The position numbers were made by a program, and so were the translations under genes. The notes beneath the pieces are model-generated. The model was given only the letters and a program-made list of their open reading frames with translations, had not been told where the DNA came from and did no database searches. Source: Verrucomicrobiota bacterium (GTDB taxonomy: Bacteria; Verrucomicrobiota; Verrucomicrobiia; Limisphaerales; Palsa-1400). Taken from it: a stretch of 32,152 bases of DNA. The stretch covers positions 1-32,152 of the forward strand of contig JBEKYR010000052.1 of the NCBI GenBank assembly GCA_049510745.1, read 5' to 3'. Every line of letters starts with the position of its first letter. Position 1 is the first letter of the stretch. Positions 24,732 through 32,152 of the stretch are shown piece by piece.

Positions 24732-25115
24732 CTATTGCGGAGGATATTGGTGGATGTAATCCCGCAGGCGGACGCGGACGATTTCCAGTTGTCTGGCGGC
24801 TTCGGCGAACAGCCCGGCGGCGCCGTTGAGATGGCCGTCCTTGGCGCCGTGTTCGAGCTGGCGGAGGGAGGGGACCATGGCGCGGACGCCGCAGGCCAGG
24901 CTGGAGCCGGCCAATTTGTGGGCCAGATGATCGACATCCGGGACGGAGCCTTCGGCAATGGCCTTTTCCAGGCCGGCCATGATTTCGCCGGCTTGGTGGA
25001 AATAAAGGTCCACCAGTTCGCGCAGCAGATGAATGTCGCCGTCGCAGGCGGATTGAAGCTGATCGAAATCAATCACCGGCTCGGCGGCCCCGCTATTTGG
25101 ATCGGAAGTATTCAA
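24732..25115 (-). CDS. Stand-alone Hpt (histidine phosphotransfer) protein, ~127 aa
   Basis: VIDFDQL..GDIHLLRELVDLYF..DHLAHKLAGSSLACG..LRQLE. TTG start overlaps the kinase TGA (TTGA at 25115-25112). This is the real part of ORF 24732..25970. Confidence 0.85.
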   Translation of the reverse strand: MNTSDPNSGAAEPVIDFDQLQSACDGDIHLLRELVDLYFHQAGEIMAGLEKAIAEGSVPDVDHLAHKLAGSSLACGVRAMVPSLRQLEHGAKDGHLNGAAGLFAEAARQLEIVRVRLRDYIHQYPPQ

Positions 25116-28100
25116 TGGCTTTGGTATTGACGGACATAGGAACCCACTTTGTCGCGGGTCAGTTCGAGGTGGCGGCTGGCGCGCTCGAACAAGGCCTCGG
25201 CGTCCTCCAGGCGTCCCTCCTTGCCGCGTTTCTCCAGTTCGCGCAAGGGCAGGACCATGGCGGACATGCCGCAGGCGAGGCTGGCGCCGACGAGTTTGTG
25301 GGCGAAATGATCGACGTCCTTGGCGGAGCCGGAATTGATGGCGGCGTGCAAGCCGTTCATCAGGTCCTTGGCCTGGGCGAAATAGAGATCGACCAGTTCC
25401 TGGAGGATTTTCGGGTCTTCGTTGGCCGCGGCTTCGAGGCGCTCCAAATCGACCAGGGCATCGCCCTGGGGAGACTCCTGGAGGGCCAGCTCGGGTTCGG
25501 GCGCCGGCGCTTCGGTTTCCAAGGCGGGGCGGGAACGGACCAGGGCCGCCTTCAATTCGGAGTCTTTCACCGGCTTGGAAAGGTAGTCGTTCATCGACGC
25601 GGCCAGGCACTTTTCGCGGTCGCCTTGCATGGCATTGGCGGTCATGGCGACAATATAGACGGGGCGCGCGCCCTCGGACTGCTCGCGCAGGCGGATTTGG
25701 CGCGAGGCTTCGTAGCCGTCCATTTGCGGCATCTGGCAATCCATGAGGATGACGTCGTAGCGGGTGCGTTTGGCGGCTTCGACGGCCTCGAGGCCGTTGT
25801 TGACGACATCGGGGGAGCAACCGAGTTTGCGCAATTGAGCGACGGCGACCTTTTGATTGATGATGTTGTCTTCGGCCAGGAGGACGCGAAGTTTTTCGGC
25901 CGGGAGCGCGCCGGGGGCGGCCTGGCTCGGGGCGGGTTTCTGCGGGATTTGACGGCGTCCTGTCAAACATTCATACAAGCGGGCTTGCTTGACCGGCTTG
26001 ACCAGACAGGCCTCGATGCCCATGCGTTGGAGCTGCTGGTCATCCATCAACTGGCCCAGGGAGGTGAGGATAATCAAGCGGGCGTGGGAGAGGCGCTGAT
26101 CGGCCTTGATGACCTCGGCCAGCGAGATGCCGTTCATGCCCGGCATGTGCATGTCCATGATGACGACATCGAAGCGGTCGGTGTCGGTGTCTTGGAGTTT
26201 TTCCAACGCTTCCTGGGCGCCGGCGGCGCTGGTGGCGCGGATGCCCCAGGCTTGCATCTGATCTTCCAGGATGCGGCGATTGGTGTCGTTGTCGTCCACG
26301 ATCAAGACGTGCAGATTGGAGAGAGCGACCTGGTCGTCGGAGCCGGCCTTGGCCTTGGCGGTGGTGGGCTGCTTTTCAAAGCGGGCGGTGAACCAGAAGA
26401 TGGAGCCTTGCCCCGGCAGGCTGGTAAAACCGATCTGGCCGCCCATCATCTCGATCAATTGCTTGGAGATGGCCAGGCCCAAGCCCGTGCCGCCGTATTT
26501 GCGGGTGGTCGAGCTGTCCGCCTGGCTGAAGACCTGGAAGAGGCGCGGTTGGATTTCCGGCGGGATGCCGATGCCGGTGTCGCGCACTTCAAAACGAAGG
26601 TCCACGTGGGTGGCGGTCTCGGAGAGGTTGGCGACGGAAACGACCACTTCGCCGTACTCGGTGAACTTGACGGCGTTGCTGACCAAATTGACAAAGACCT
26701 GGCGCAAGCGGCCCGGATCCCCGCGCAACTGAGTGGGAACATCGGCCAGGACAAAGCCGGCCAACTCGATGTTTTTGGCCTGGGCTGTTTCGGCCAGCAA
26801 TTCGAGCGAGCCTTCGATGGTTTCCTGGAGGTTGAAGTCGATGGTTTCGAAGATCAGTTTGCGGGCCTCGACCTTGGAGAAATCGAGCACGTCATTGATG
26901 AGCAAGAGGAGCGATTCGGCGCTGCGGCGGATGGTTTCGCTGTATTCGCGTTGCTGGGAATTGAGGTCGGTATCCATCAGCAGGTTGGTCATGCCAATGA
27001 CGCCGTTCATCGGGGTGCGAATCTCATGGCTCATCTTGGCCAGGAACTCGCCCTTGGCTTTGACGGCCCCTTCCGCGTCGGCCTTGGCCCGGCGCAACTC
27101 TTCTTCGACCGCCTTGTAGGAGCTGATGTCTTTGAGGGTGCCGGCGTAGCCGCCGCTCTGGCTGGCGCCGCCGTCCTCGTAGCGGATGGCGGCGGTGCGG
27201 CAGAGGACCCAGCGCACTTCCGCCGCCGGAGTCATGAGGCGAAATTCCTGGGCGAAGTCCTTGCGCTCCTGCAAGGCCTGGCTCCACAGGGCCAGAATCT
27301 TTTCCTTGTCCTCCGGATGAACCGCTTTGGTCCAGCCGTGGCCCAGGGTTTCCTTGTTGTCCAAGCCGGTCAGTTTCATCGCCTGGGAATTGCTGTAAAT
27401 CCACTGGCCGGCGGTGTCGGCCAGGAAGATGCCGTCGGGGGAGGATTCGCCCAGGGAGCGGAATTTGGCTTCGCTGGCCTGGAGGGAGGCCTGGATTTGC
27501 TTGTACTTGATGTTTTCCTGGCGGAGGGTTTCGAGGTGCTCGGCCACTTCGCGCTCAATGGTTTCGTGGAGGATTTGCTCTTCGGCCTGGTGGGTGGCGA
27601 CGAAAAACAACAGGCGCTGGCTCTCCCAAATCCAGAGGGCCAGCAGGGTGTCTTCAAACAAAACCCAGCCGGTAAACCCAATCCACGTCCAGGGCGCCGG
27701 CGGCGCGGCGCCAAAGACAGACTGGACCCATTCCAAGCCGCCGAGAAAGTGGTCGCCGGCCACGACGAGCGTGGCGCTCATCAGAATCCGAACGTCGCGA
27801 TAGGAAGCCAGGGCGGCAAGGGAGCCAAAGATAAAAAAATGGGTTTCAAAGCCGCCGCCGGTCAAATGGATGAACAGAGCCGGAGTGAGCATCTGGCCGA
27901 TGGCAATGACATGGCGGGTATAGGCGCGGCCGGGGCAGCGCAAGGCCAGATAAAGCGGCACCAGGTAAATCAATCCCGCCAGCGCCCCGGCCGTCCAGAC
28001 CAGGCGCATGGGCCGTTCGCTGGGCCAGATACTGGGGGAGATGAGCGACGCCGCCGCCATGGAGGCCAGCCACTCAAAGGCAATGAGCCAGGCAAACATG

Positions 28101-28252
28101 CGATCGGTTTGCTTGAAGGAGCTGACCCTGAGGGCGCGGAAGATCAATACGGCCCGTTCTTGGGCTGTATTGCCGGCGGCAGCCTTTTTTTCAGCAGCAC
28201 TCAATTGGTACGATTCAACCGCCCTTATAGCGGGTTTGTTCTCCCATTGCAA
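25112..28252 (-). CDS. Hybrid sensor histidine kinase: multi-TM sensor, PAS, HisKA, HATPase, 2x REC, Hpt
   Basis: FLAKMSHEIRTPMNGVIG H-box, NLVSNAVKFT, DTGIGI, GGTGLGLAIS; two REC domains (IVDDNDTN..MDMHMP; LAEDNIIN..MDCQMP); AHKLVGAS Hpt; PAS SPDGIFLAD..VHPED; 1046 aa. Confidence 0.95.
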   Translation of the reverse strand: MQWENKPAIRAVESYQLSAAEKKAAAGNTAQERAVLIFRALRVSSFKQTDRMFAWLIAFEWLASMAAASLISPSIWPSERPMRLVWTAGALAGLIYLVPLYLALRCPGRAYTRHVIAIGQMLTPALFIHLTGGGFETHFFIFGSLAALASYRDVRILMSATLVVAGDHFLGGLEWVQSVFGAAPPAPWTWIGFTGWVLFEDTLLALWIWESQRLLFFVATHQAEEQILHETIEREVAEHLETLRQENIKYKQIQASLQASEAKFRSLGESSPDGIFLADTAGQWIYSNSQAMKLTGLDNKETLGHGWTKAVHPEDKEKILALWSQALQERKDFAQEFRLMTPAAEVRWVLCRTAAIRYEDGGASQSGGYAGTLKDISSYKAVEEELRRAKADAEGAVKAKGEFLAKMSHEIRTPMNGVIGMTNLLMDTDLNSQQREYSETIRRSAESLLLLINDVLDFSKVEARKLIFETIDFNLQETIEGSLELLAETAQAKNIELAGFVLADVPTQLRGDPGRLRQVFVNLVSNAVKFTEYGEVVVSVANLSETATHVDLRFEVRDTGIGIPPEIQPRLFQVFSQADSSTTRKYGGTGLGLAISKQLIEMMGGQIGFTSLPGQGSIFWFTARFEKQPTTAKAKAGSDDQVALSNLHVLIVDDNDTNRRILEDQMQAWGIRATSAAGAQEALEKLQDTDTDRFDVVIMDMHMPGMNGISLAEVIKADQRLSHARLIILTSLGQLMDDQQLQRMGIEACLVKPVKQARLYECLTGRRQIPQKPAPSQAAPGALPAEKLRVLLAEDNIINQKVAVAQLRKLGCSPDVVNNGLEAVEAAKRTRYDVILMDCQMPQMDGYEASRQIRLREQSEGARPVYIVAMTANAMQGDREKCLAASMNDYLSKPVKDSELKAALVRSRPALETEAPAPEPELALQESPQGDALVDLERLEAAANEDPKILQELVDLYFAQAKDLMNGLHAAINSGSAKDVDHFAHKLVGASLACGMSAMVLPLRELEKRGKEGRLEDAEALFERASRHLELTRDKVGSYVRQYQSH

Positions 28253-28310
28253 CCTGTTTAAACCGGCTGGAGGGCGAGAAGGGGATACCCCCTCCCCCCT
28301 AGTGTAATGG

Positions 28311-28370
28311 GGTCTGATTTACTTTGATTTGGTTTGATTTGGTTTGATTTTTGGCTTGATTTGGCTTGAC
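28311..28370. repeat. Decamer tandem repeat, consensus GG(T/C)TTGATTT, ~6 degenerate copies
   Basis: ggtctgattt actttgattt ggtttgattt ggtttgattt tt ggcttgattt ggcttgac, 60-120 bp upstream of the kinase start. Confidence 0.85.
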
Positions 28371-28595
28371 CGAAATCTGTTGGAGGGGGCTGGACCGGCA
28401 AATTCTGCCGGTGGGACGCCGGCCCGGAAGCCGGCCGGCGGGTTGGCAGCGGATCGTCCGGGGCCGAGCCGCGTCCTCCCGAATGTGATGACTCCAAGTT
28501 TCATCGAATGGAGCATTAGCGCATTTTTATGGAATATGCAAGGGTTTTTTCAGACGAAACGCCTCCGCCTTCGCCGATCCTCCTGTGCCGAGGCT

Positions 28596-28621
28596 TCCGC
28601 CGTCGTGAAAACTATGGCGGA
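28596..28621. repeat. GC-rich hairpin (REP-like or terminator-like) downstream of the S53 pseudogene
   Basis: TCCGCCGT (28596-28603) pairs with ATGGCGGA (28614-28621), with one G-U pair; no clear U-tract. Confidence 0.45.
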
Positions 28622-28666
28622 CGCGCCGGATTGAGAAAAGCCAGCCGGATTGGTGACAGGGTTAAC

Positions 28667-29478
28667 TCAGGGGAGCAGAATCACCCGATAAAAGCGCTGC
28701 TGATCCGGCGGCCGAAGATCGGATTGGGTCATGAGAGCGTTGGTCGCGGTGATGGGCGGGCCGAGATTCTGCCAGGAGGGAGCGCCCAGGTTGGTCGCGT
28801 ATTGCGAAAGGTAACCGAGCGTTCCCGCCTGGGACAGATACGCCGCATAAGTGCCGGAATGAACGTAGGGACGGAAAGTCCTGCTGCCGGCGCCGACAAT
28901 CATCGCCCCGCCCGGGGCGTTGACCGTCCAATCGGCGAAGGTGGCCGTCTCGAAACCGCCGTTGAGCAGTGTCAAATCGAATTGCGGATTCTGCGCCAGG
29001 GCGGCGATCAGGTTGCCGCCCGCGGGGCTGCCCCAGCCGGTGCAGAGATCGTAGCCGGGGACGGCAAAAAACTCGTCGGCGCTCAGAAGATTTGTGTTGT
29101 TGCCGGTGGTGATGTCGTTGAAGATCGCGCTGGACTGCGGCCCGCGCGCCAGGGCGTAGAGGGGCGGGTTGGCAAAACCAATCGGCGGCTGCCCCTGGCT
29201 GAAGGTCTGCTGATTGACCAGCGCGGTAAAGGCTGCCCATAACGGGGCGGCGGCGCTGGTGCCGCCCACGGGAAACGAAAGGCCGTTGGACGCAACGACA
29301 GCCCCAGGGCCAGGTCCAGTTGTTGCGCGGCGTGCAGAGGGCCGAGAACGAGAGCGCCCGCCACCGCGGCGGGAACATGCCCTTGGAGCGACTGGCGTTG
29401 GGCGGGCCAGGCGGCAACGGCAAATTGCAGAAAAACAATGGCGGCTAGAGAAGACCGCCGTAATGGGACAACATCCAT
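28667..29478 (-). pseudogene. Sedolisin/kumamolisin (S53) protease pseudogene with internal deletions and a frameshift
   Basis: Signal peptide and prodomain start (QSLQGHVPAAV..LDLALGLSLR) in one frame, joined at ~29292 to the catalytic-Ser region in another frame (VGGTSAAAPLWAAFTALVNQ, GFANPPLY, FNDITTGNN, GYDLCTGWGSP). The rest of the prodomain and the catalytic Glu/Asp region are absent. Confidence 0.85.
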
Positions 29479-29506
29479 GTCTTGGCTGGAAAGAGGCCCC
29501 GTCCGG

Positions 29507-31342
29507 CTACTCCGCCACCACTTTATGCTGATGCGATTGGGCGGCGCGTTTGCGCCGGGTTTCGTCCAGGATTTTCTTGCGCAGACGCAGGTTCTTGGGG
29601 GTGGCTTCGACGTATTCGTCCGGGCCGATGTATTCGAGAGCGCGTTCCAGGGACATTTTCAGCGGCGGGTCCAGTTGAATGCCTTTGCCGTCGCCTTGCG
29701 AGCGCATGTTGGTGAGGCGTTTGGCTTTGCAGGGGTTGACGGGGATGTCGGTTTCGCGGGCGTTTTCACCGACGATCATGCCTTTGTAAATCTTTTCGCC
29801 CGGCTCGACCATCAGGCGGCCCCGTTCCTGCACCATGTTCAAAGCGTAGGCCATGGCTTCGCCGTCCTCCATGCTGACGAGGGAGCCGTTCTTGCGGGCG
29901 GAGATTTCGCCCCGGTCCGGTCCGTATTCATGGAACAAATGGCTCATCACACCCAAGCCGCGCGTCGTGTTGACCAGGTCGGTCTCGAACCCGATCAACC
30001 CGCGCATCGGGATGAGGGCCTCGATGGTCACCTCGTTGCCGTGATGGTCCATGTGGGCGATTTCCGCCTTGCGCCCGGAAAGATTTTCCATCACCGGCCC
30101 CATGGATTCCTTTGGAATTTCCAGGAAGAGTTTTTCAATTGGTTCGAGCAAACGCCCGTCTTTGTCGTGGCGATAGATCACTTCCGGGCGGGAGACGAGC
30201 ACTTCGTAACCTTCCCGCCGCATTTGCTCGACCAGGATGGCGATCTGCATTTCGCCGCGGCCGGAGACGTTGAAGATATTCGGCGCCTCGGTCTGGGAGA
30301 TGCGCAGGGCGACATTGGTGCGGACTTCCTTGGTCAGGCGCTCCCAAATATGGCGGGCGGTGACCAATTTGCCGTCCAAGCCGGCCAGCGGGCCGTCGTT
30401 GACGGCGAATTGCATTTGGATGGTGGGCGGATCAATGGGGACGAACGGCAGCGGTTCGCGCGTGACATTGTCGGTGATGGTTTCGCCGATGAACACGTCG
30501 TCGAACCCGGTCACGCCCACCACGTCGCCGGCGTGGGCTTCGGCGATCTCGATGCGTTGCAGGCCTTCAAAGTGGAAAATGGCGGTGATCTTGCCCTCGG
30601 ACTTGCGCCCGTCCCCGTGCAGGCAGGCGGCGGCGTCGCCCACCCTGGCCCGGCCGCTGTAAATCTTGCCGAAGGCGATGCGGCCCAGGTAATCGGAGTA
30701 ATCCAGGTTGGCCACCAGCATCTTGAATTCCGACCCGGCCCTGGCCCGCGGCGGCGGGATGTATTTGATAATCGCGTCGAAAAGCGGCGTCATGTTGCTG
30801 CTTTCGTCCTTGAGATGGACCTTGGCATAGCCCTCTTTGGCGCTGGTATAAATGGTCGGAAAATCCAACTGCTCATCCGTGGCGTGGAGCGAGACAAACA
30901 GGTCGAAAACCCGGTCGAGCACCTGGTGCGGATCGGCATTGTCGCGGTCGATTTTATTAATGACAACAATCGGCTTCGCGCCCGCCTCCAGCGCCTTGCG
31001 CAGGACGAAGCGGGTTTGGGCCTGGGGACCGTCGGAGGCATCGACCACCAGCAGGACGCCGTCGATCATATTCATGATGCGCTCGACTTCGCCGCCGAAG
31101 TCGGCGTGGCCGGGGGTATCGACGATGTTGATGTGGTATTCCTTGTATTTGAAGGCGGCGTTTTTGGCGCGGATGGTGATGCCCTTTTCCCGTTCCAGGT
31201 CCATGGAATCCATGATGCGTTCCTCGCCGGAGATGGCCTGGTTGGCGCGGAAGGTTCCGGACTGTTTGAGCAGGCAATCCACCAGCGTGGTCTTGCCATG
31301 GTCAACATGGGCGATAATTGCGATGTTTCGGATATGGTCCAT
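29507..31342 (-). CDS. typA: Translational GTPase TypA/BipA
   Basis: IRNIAIIAHVDHGKTTLVD, DTPGHADFGGEVER, NKID, VSGRGEMQIAILVEQMRREGYE, KRLTNMRS, EYVEATPKNLRLRK. Confidence 0.97.
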   Translation of the reverse strand: MDHIRNIAIIAHVDHGKTTLVDCLLKQSGTFRANQAISGEERIMDSMDLEREKGITIRAKNAAFKYKEYHINIVDTPGHADFGGEVERIMNMIDGVLLVVDASDGPQAQTRFVLRKALEAGAKPIVVINKIDRDNADPHQVLDRVFDLFVSLHATDEQLDFPTIYTSAKEGYAKVHLKDESSNMTPLFDAIIKYIPPPRARAGSEFKMLVANLDYSDYLGRIAFGKIYSGRARVGDAAACLHGDGRKSEGKITAIFHFEGLQRIEIAEAHAGDVVGVTGFDDVFIGETITDNVTREPLPFVPIDPPTIQMQFAVNDGPLAGLDGKLVTARHIWERLTKEVRTNVALRISQTEAPNIFNVSGRGEMQIAILVEQMRREGYEVLVSRPEVIYRHDKDGRLLEPIEKLFLEIPKESMGPVMENLSGRKAEIAHMDHHGNEVTIEALIPMRGLIGFETDLVNTTRGLGVMSHLFHEYGPDRGEISARKNGSLVSMEDGEAMAYALNMVQERGRLMVEPGEKIYKGMIVGENARETDIPVNPCKAKRLTNMRSQGDGKGIQLDPPLKMSLERALEYIGPDEYVEATPKNLRLRKKILDETRRKRAAQSHQHKVVAE

Positions 31343-31431
31343 CAATCGAGTCGGCTAATGTGCTCCATTGCGGCGAAAAGTCAAGCGCGGCGGGCCATTG
31401 GGCCATTTTGCCATTTTGCTCCAGTGACTGG

Positions 31432-31926
31432 TCAGGCCAACTCAATTGCACAGACTACCCTTTCCTCAGACCTTACGGAAATGGGTTTGCAGGCGTTGGA
31501 GAACCTGTCGTTGCCGCGATACTTACCCAGTGTGGCGATCCGAATGTGCCGGGTAATGGTCAGCTTCCCGAGTTCGCCAAGGTACGCACGGAACGAGACG
31601 CTCTCGCGTCGGCTCCACTCATGGTTCTCCTTGCGATCAAGGACGGCTAGATGTTCAAGAGCCGCGACGACGGCAGCCTTCGCGTGTATTGGGCCAAATC
31701 TTTCTTCAAATGAGTAAATGATGATCGCGTCAGCTTTATAGAGACTGACGACTTGCGTACCGCGCCCGCTCTCGTGCTTGGGGTTCTTGAAGACAACGTC
31801 AAGTCGCTTCCGATACGGCGAGTGGGAAAAACCGAGTTCTCCGAGCAGGCTGAGAATTTCAGGGACCGTGTGAGCAAAAAATCGCCCCTTGGCCGGACGC
31901 GCGATTTGATCTTTGTTCGGTTGCAT
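31432..31926 (-). CDS. Hypothetical protein, 164 aa, basic
   Basis: ATG-started ORF filling the carA-typA gap on the same strand, with globular-looking composition; no recognisable motif. Confidence 0.55.
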   Translation of the reverse strand: MQPNKDQIARPAKGRFFAHTVPEILSLLGELGFSHSPYRKRLDVVFKNPKHESGRGTQVVSLYKADAIIIYSFEERFGPIHAKAAVVAALEHLAVLDRKENHEWSRRESVSFRAYLGELGKLTITRHIRIATLGKYRGNDRFSNACKPISVRSEERVVCAIELA

Positions 31927-31959
31927 GAGGTCAACCTTGGCTTACTGCGATAGCGGCAC

Positions 31960-32152
31960 TTACGCCTTCTTTATCATCTCGCGGAACTGCGCGAAGAGCG
32001 GGGTGGAATCGTGCGGGCCGGGCGAGGCTTCGGGATGGTATTGCACGCAGAAAATCCTCTTGGTCTTGTGCCGCAGGCCTTCGACGGTTTGATCGTTCAG
32101 ATTGATGCGGTCCACCACCACCTCCGGCGGCAAGGTGGCGGGGTCCACGGCG
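31960..32152 (-). CDS. carA: Carbamoyl-phosphate synthase small subunit, 3' end (partial; runs off the window)
   Basis: [29 protein letters not shown] glutamine amidotransferase C-terminal motif characteristic of CarA. Confidence 0.93.
   Translation of the reverse strand, partial: AVDPATLPPEVVVDRINLNDQTVEGLRHKTKRIFCVQYHPEASPGPHDSTPLFAQFREMIKKA

Noticed and set aside
24731..25970. Long N-terminal extensions of the Hpt ORF (to 25970) and response regulator ORF (to 25072), or a programmed frameshift fusing them
   Set aside because: Each gene has its own coupled start (TTG 25115, ATG 24730). The extensions are out-of-frame overlaps with low-complexity translations, and I saw no slippery site.
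25097..28261. 1054-aa plus-strand ORF
   Set aside because: It is the antisense shadow of the histidine kinase. Long stop-free antisense frames are expected with high-GC codon bias, and it has no motifs.
29438..31717. 759-aa plus-strand ORF
   Set aside because: Antisense shadow of typA.

Overview
High-GC chromosomal window, most consistent with a Verrucomicrobiota bacterium (inferred from the pilin-cassette type, the secreted-protein C-terminal motif and the intergenic repeat style; not proven). Almost all genes are on the minus strand. In transcription order (right to left): carA 3' end, an orphan ORF, typA, a doubly deleted sedolisin (S53) pseudogene, a three-gene phosphorelay (hybrid kinase, stand-alone Hpt, REC/pseudo-Hpt/REC), and a 2.6-kb lower-GC fragment with FG-GAP and LamG/Ig genes, both cut at similar GGGG motifs. 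Next comes a 17-kb co-oriented cluster: tonB-like/exbB/exbD, a divergent BrnT-like/CopG-like pair, five translationally coupled prepilin-like genes ending in a 1324-aa PilX-like protein, and a 2342-aa multidomain subtilase. The window ends with a WrbA-like flavodoxin (+ strand), a NifS-type cysteine desulfurase and a repeat-rich intergenic region. The best candidate for an undescribed system is the minor-pilin cassette plus giant protease locus. Its secreted proteins have a strong directional Thr-Asn bias, and the giant protease shares a C-terminal TNL..W..D..RFxR module with the S53 remnant. All family calls come from motif recognition by eye; no searches were run.
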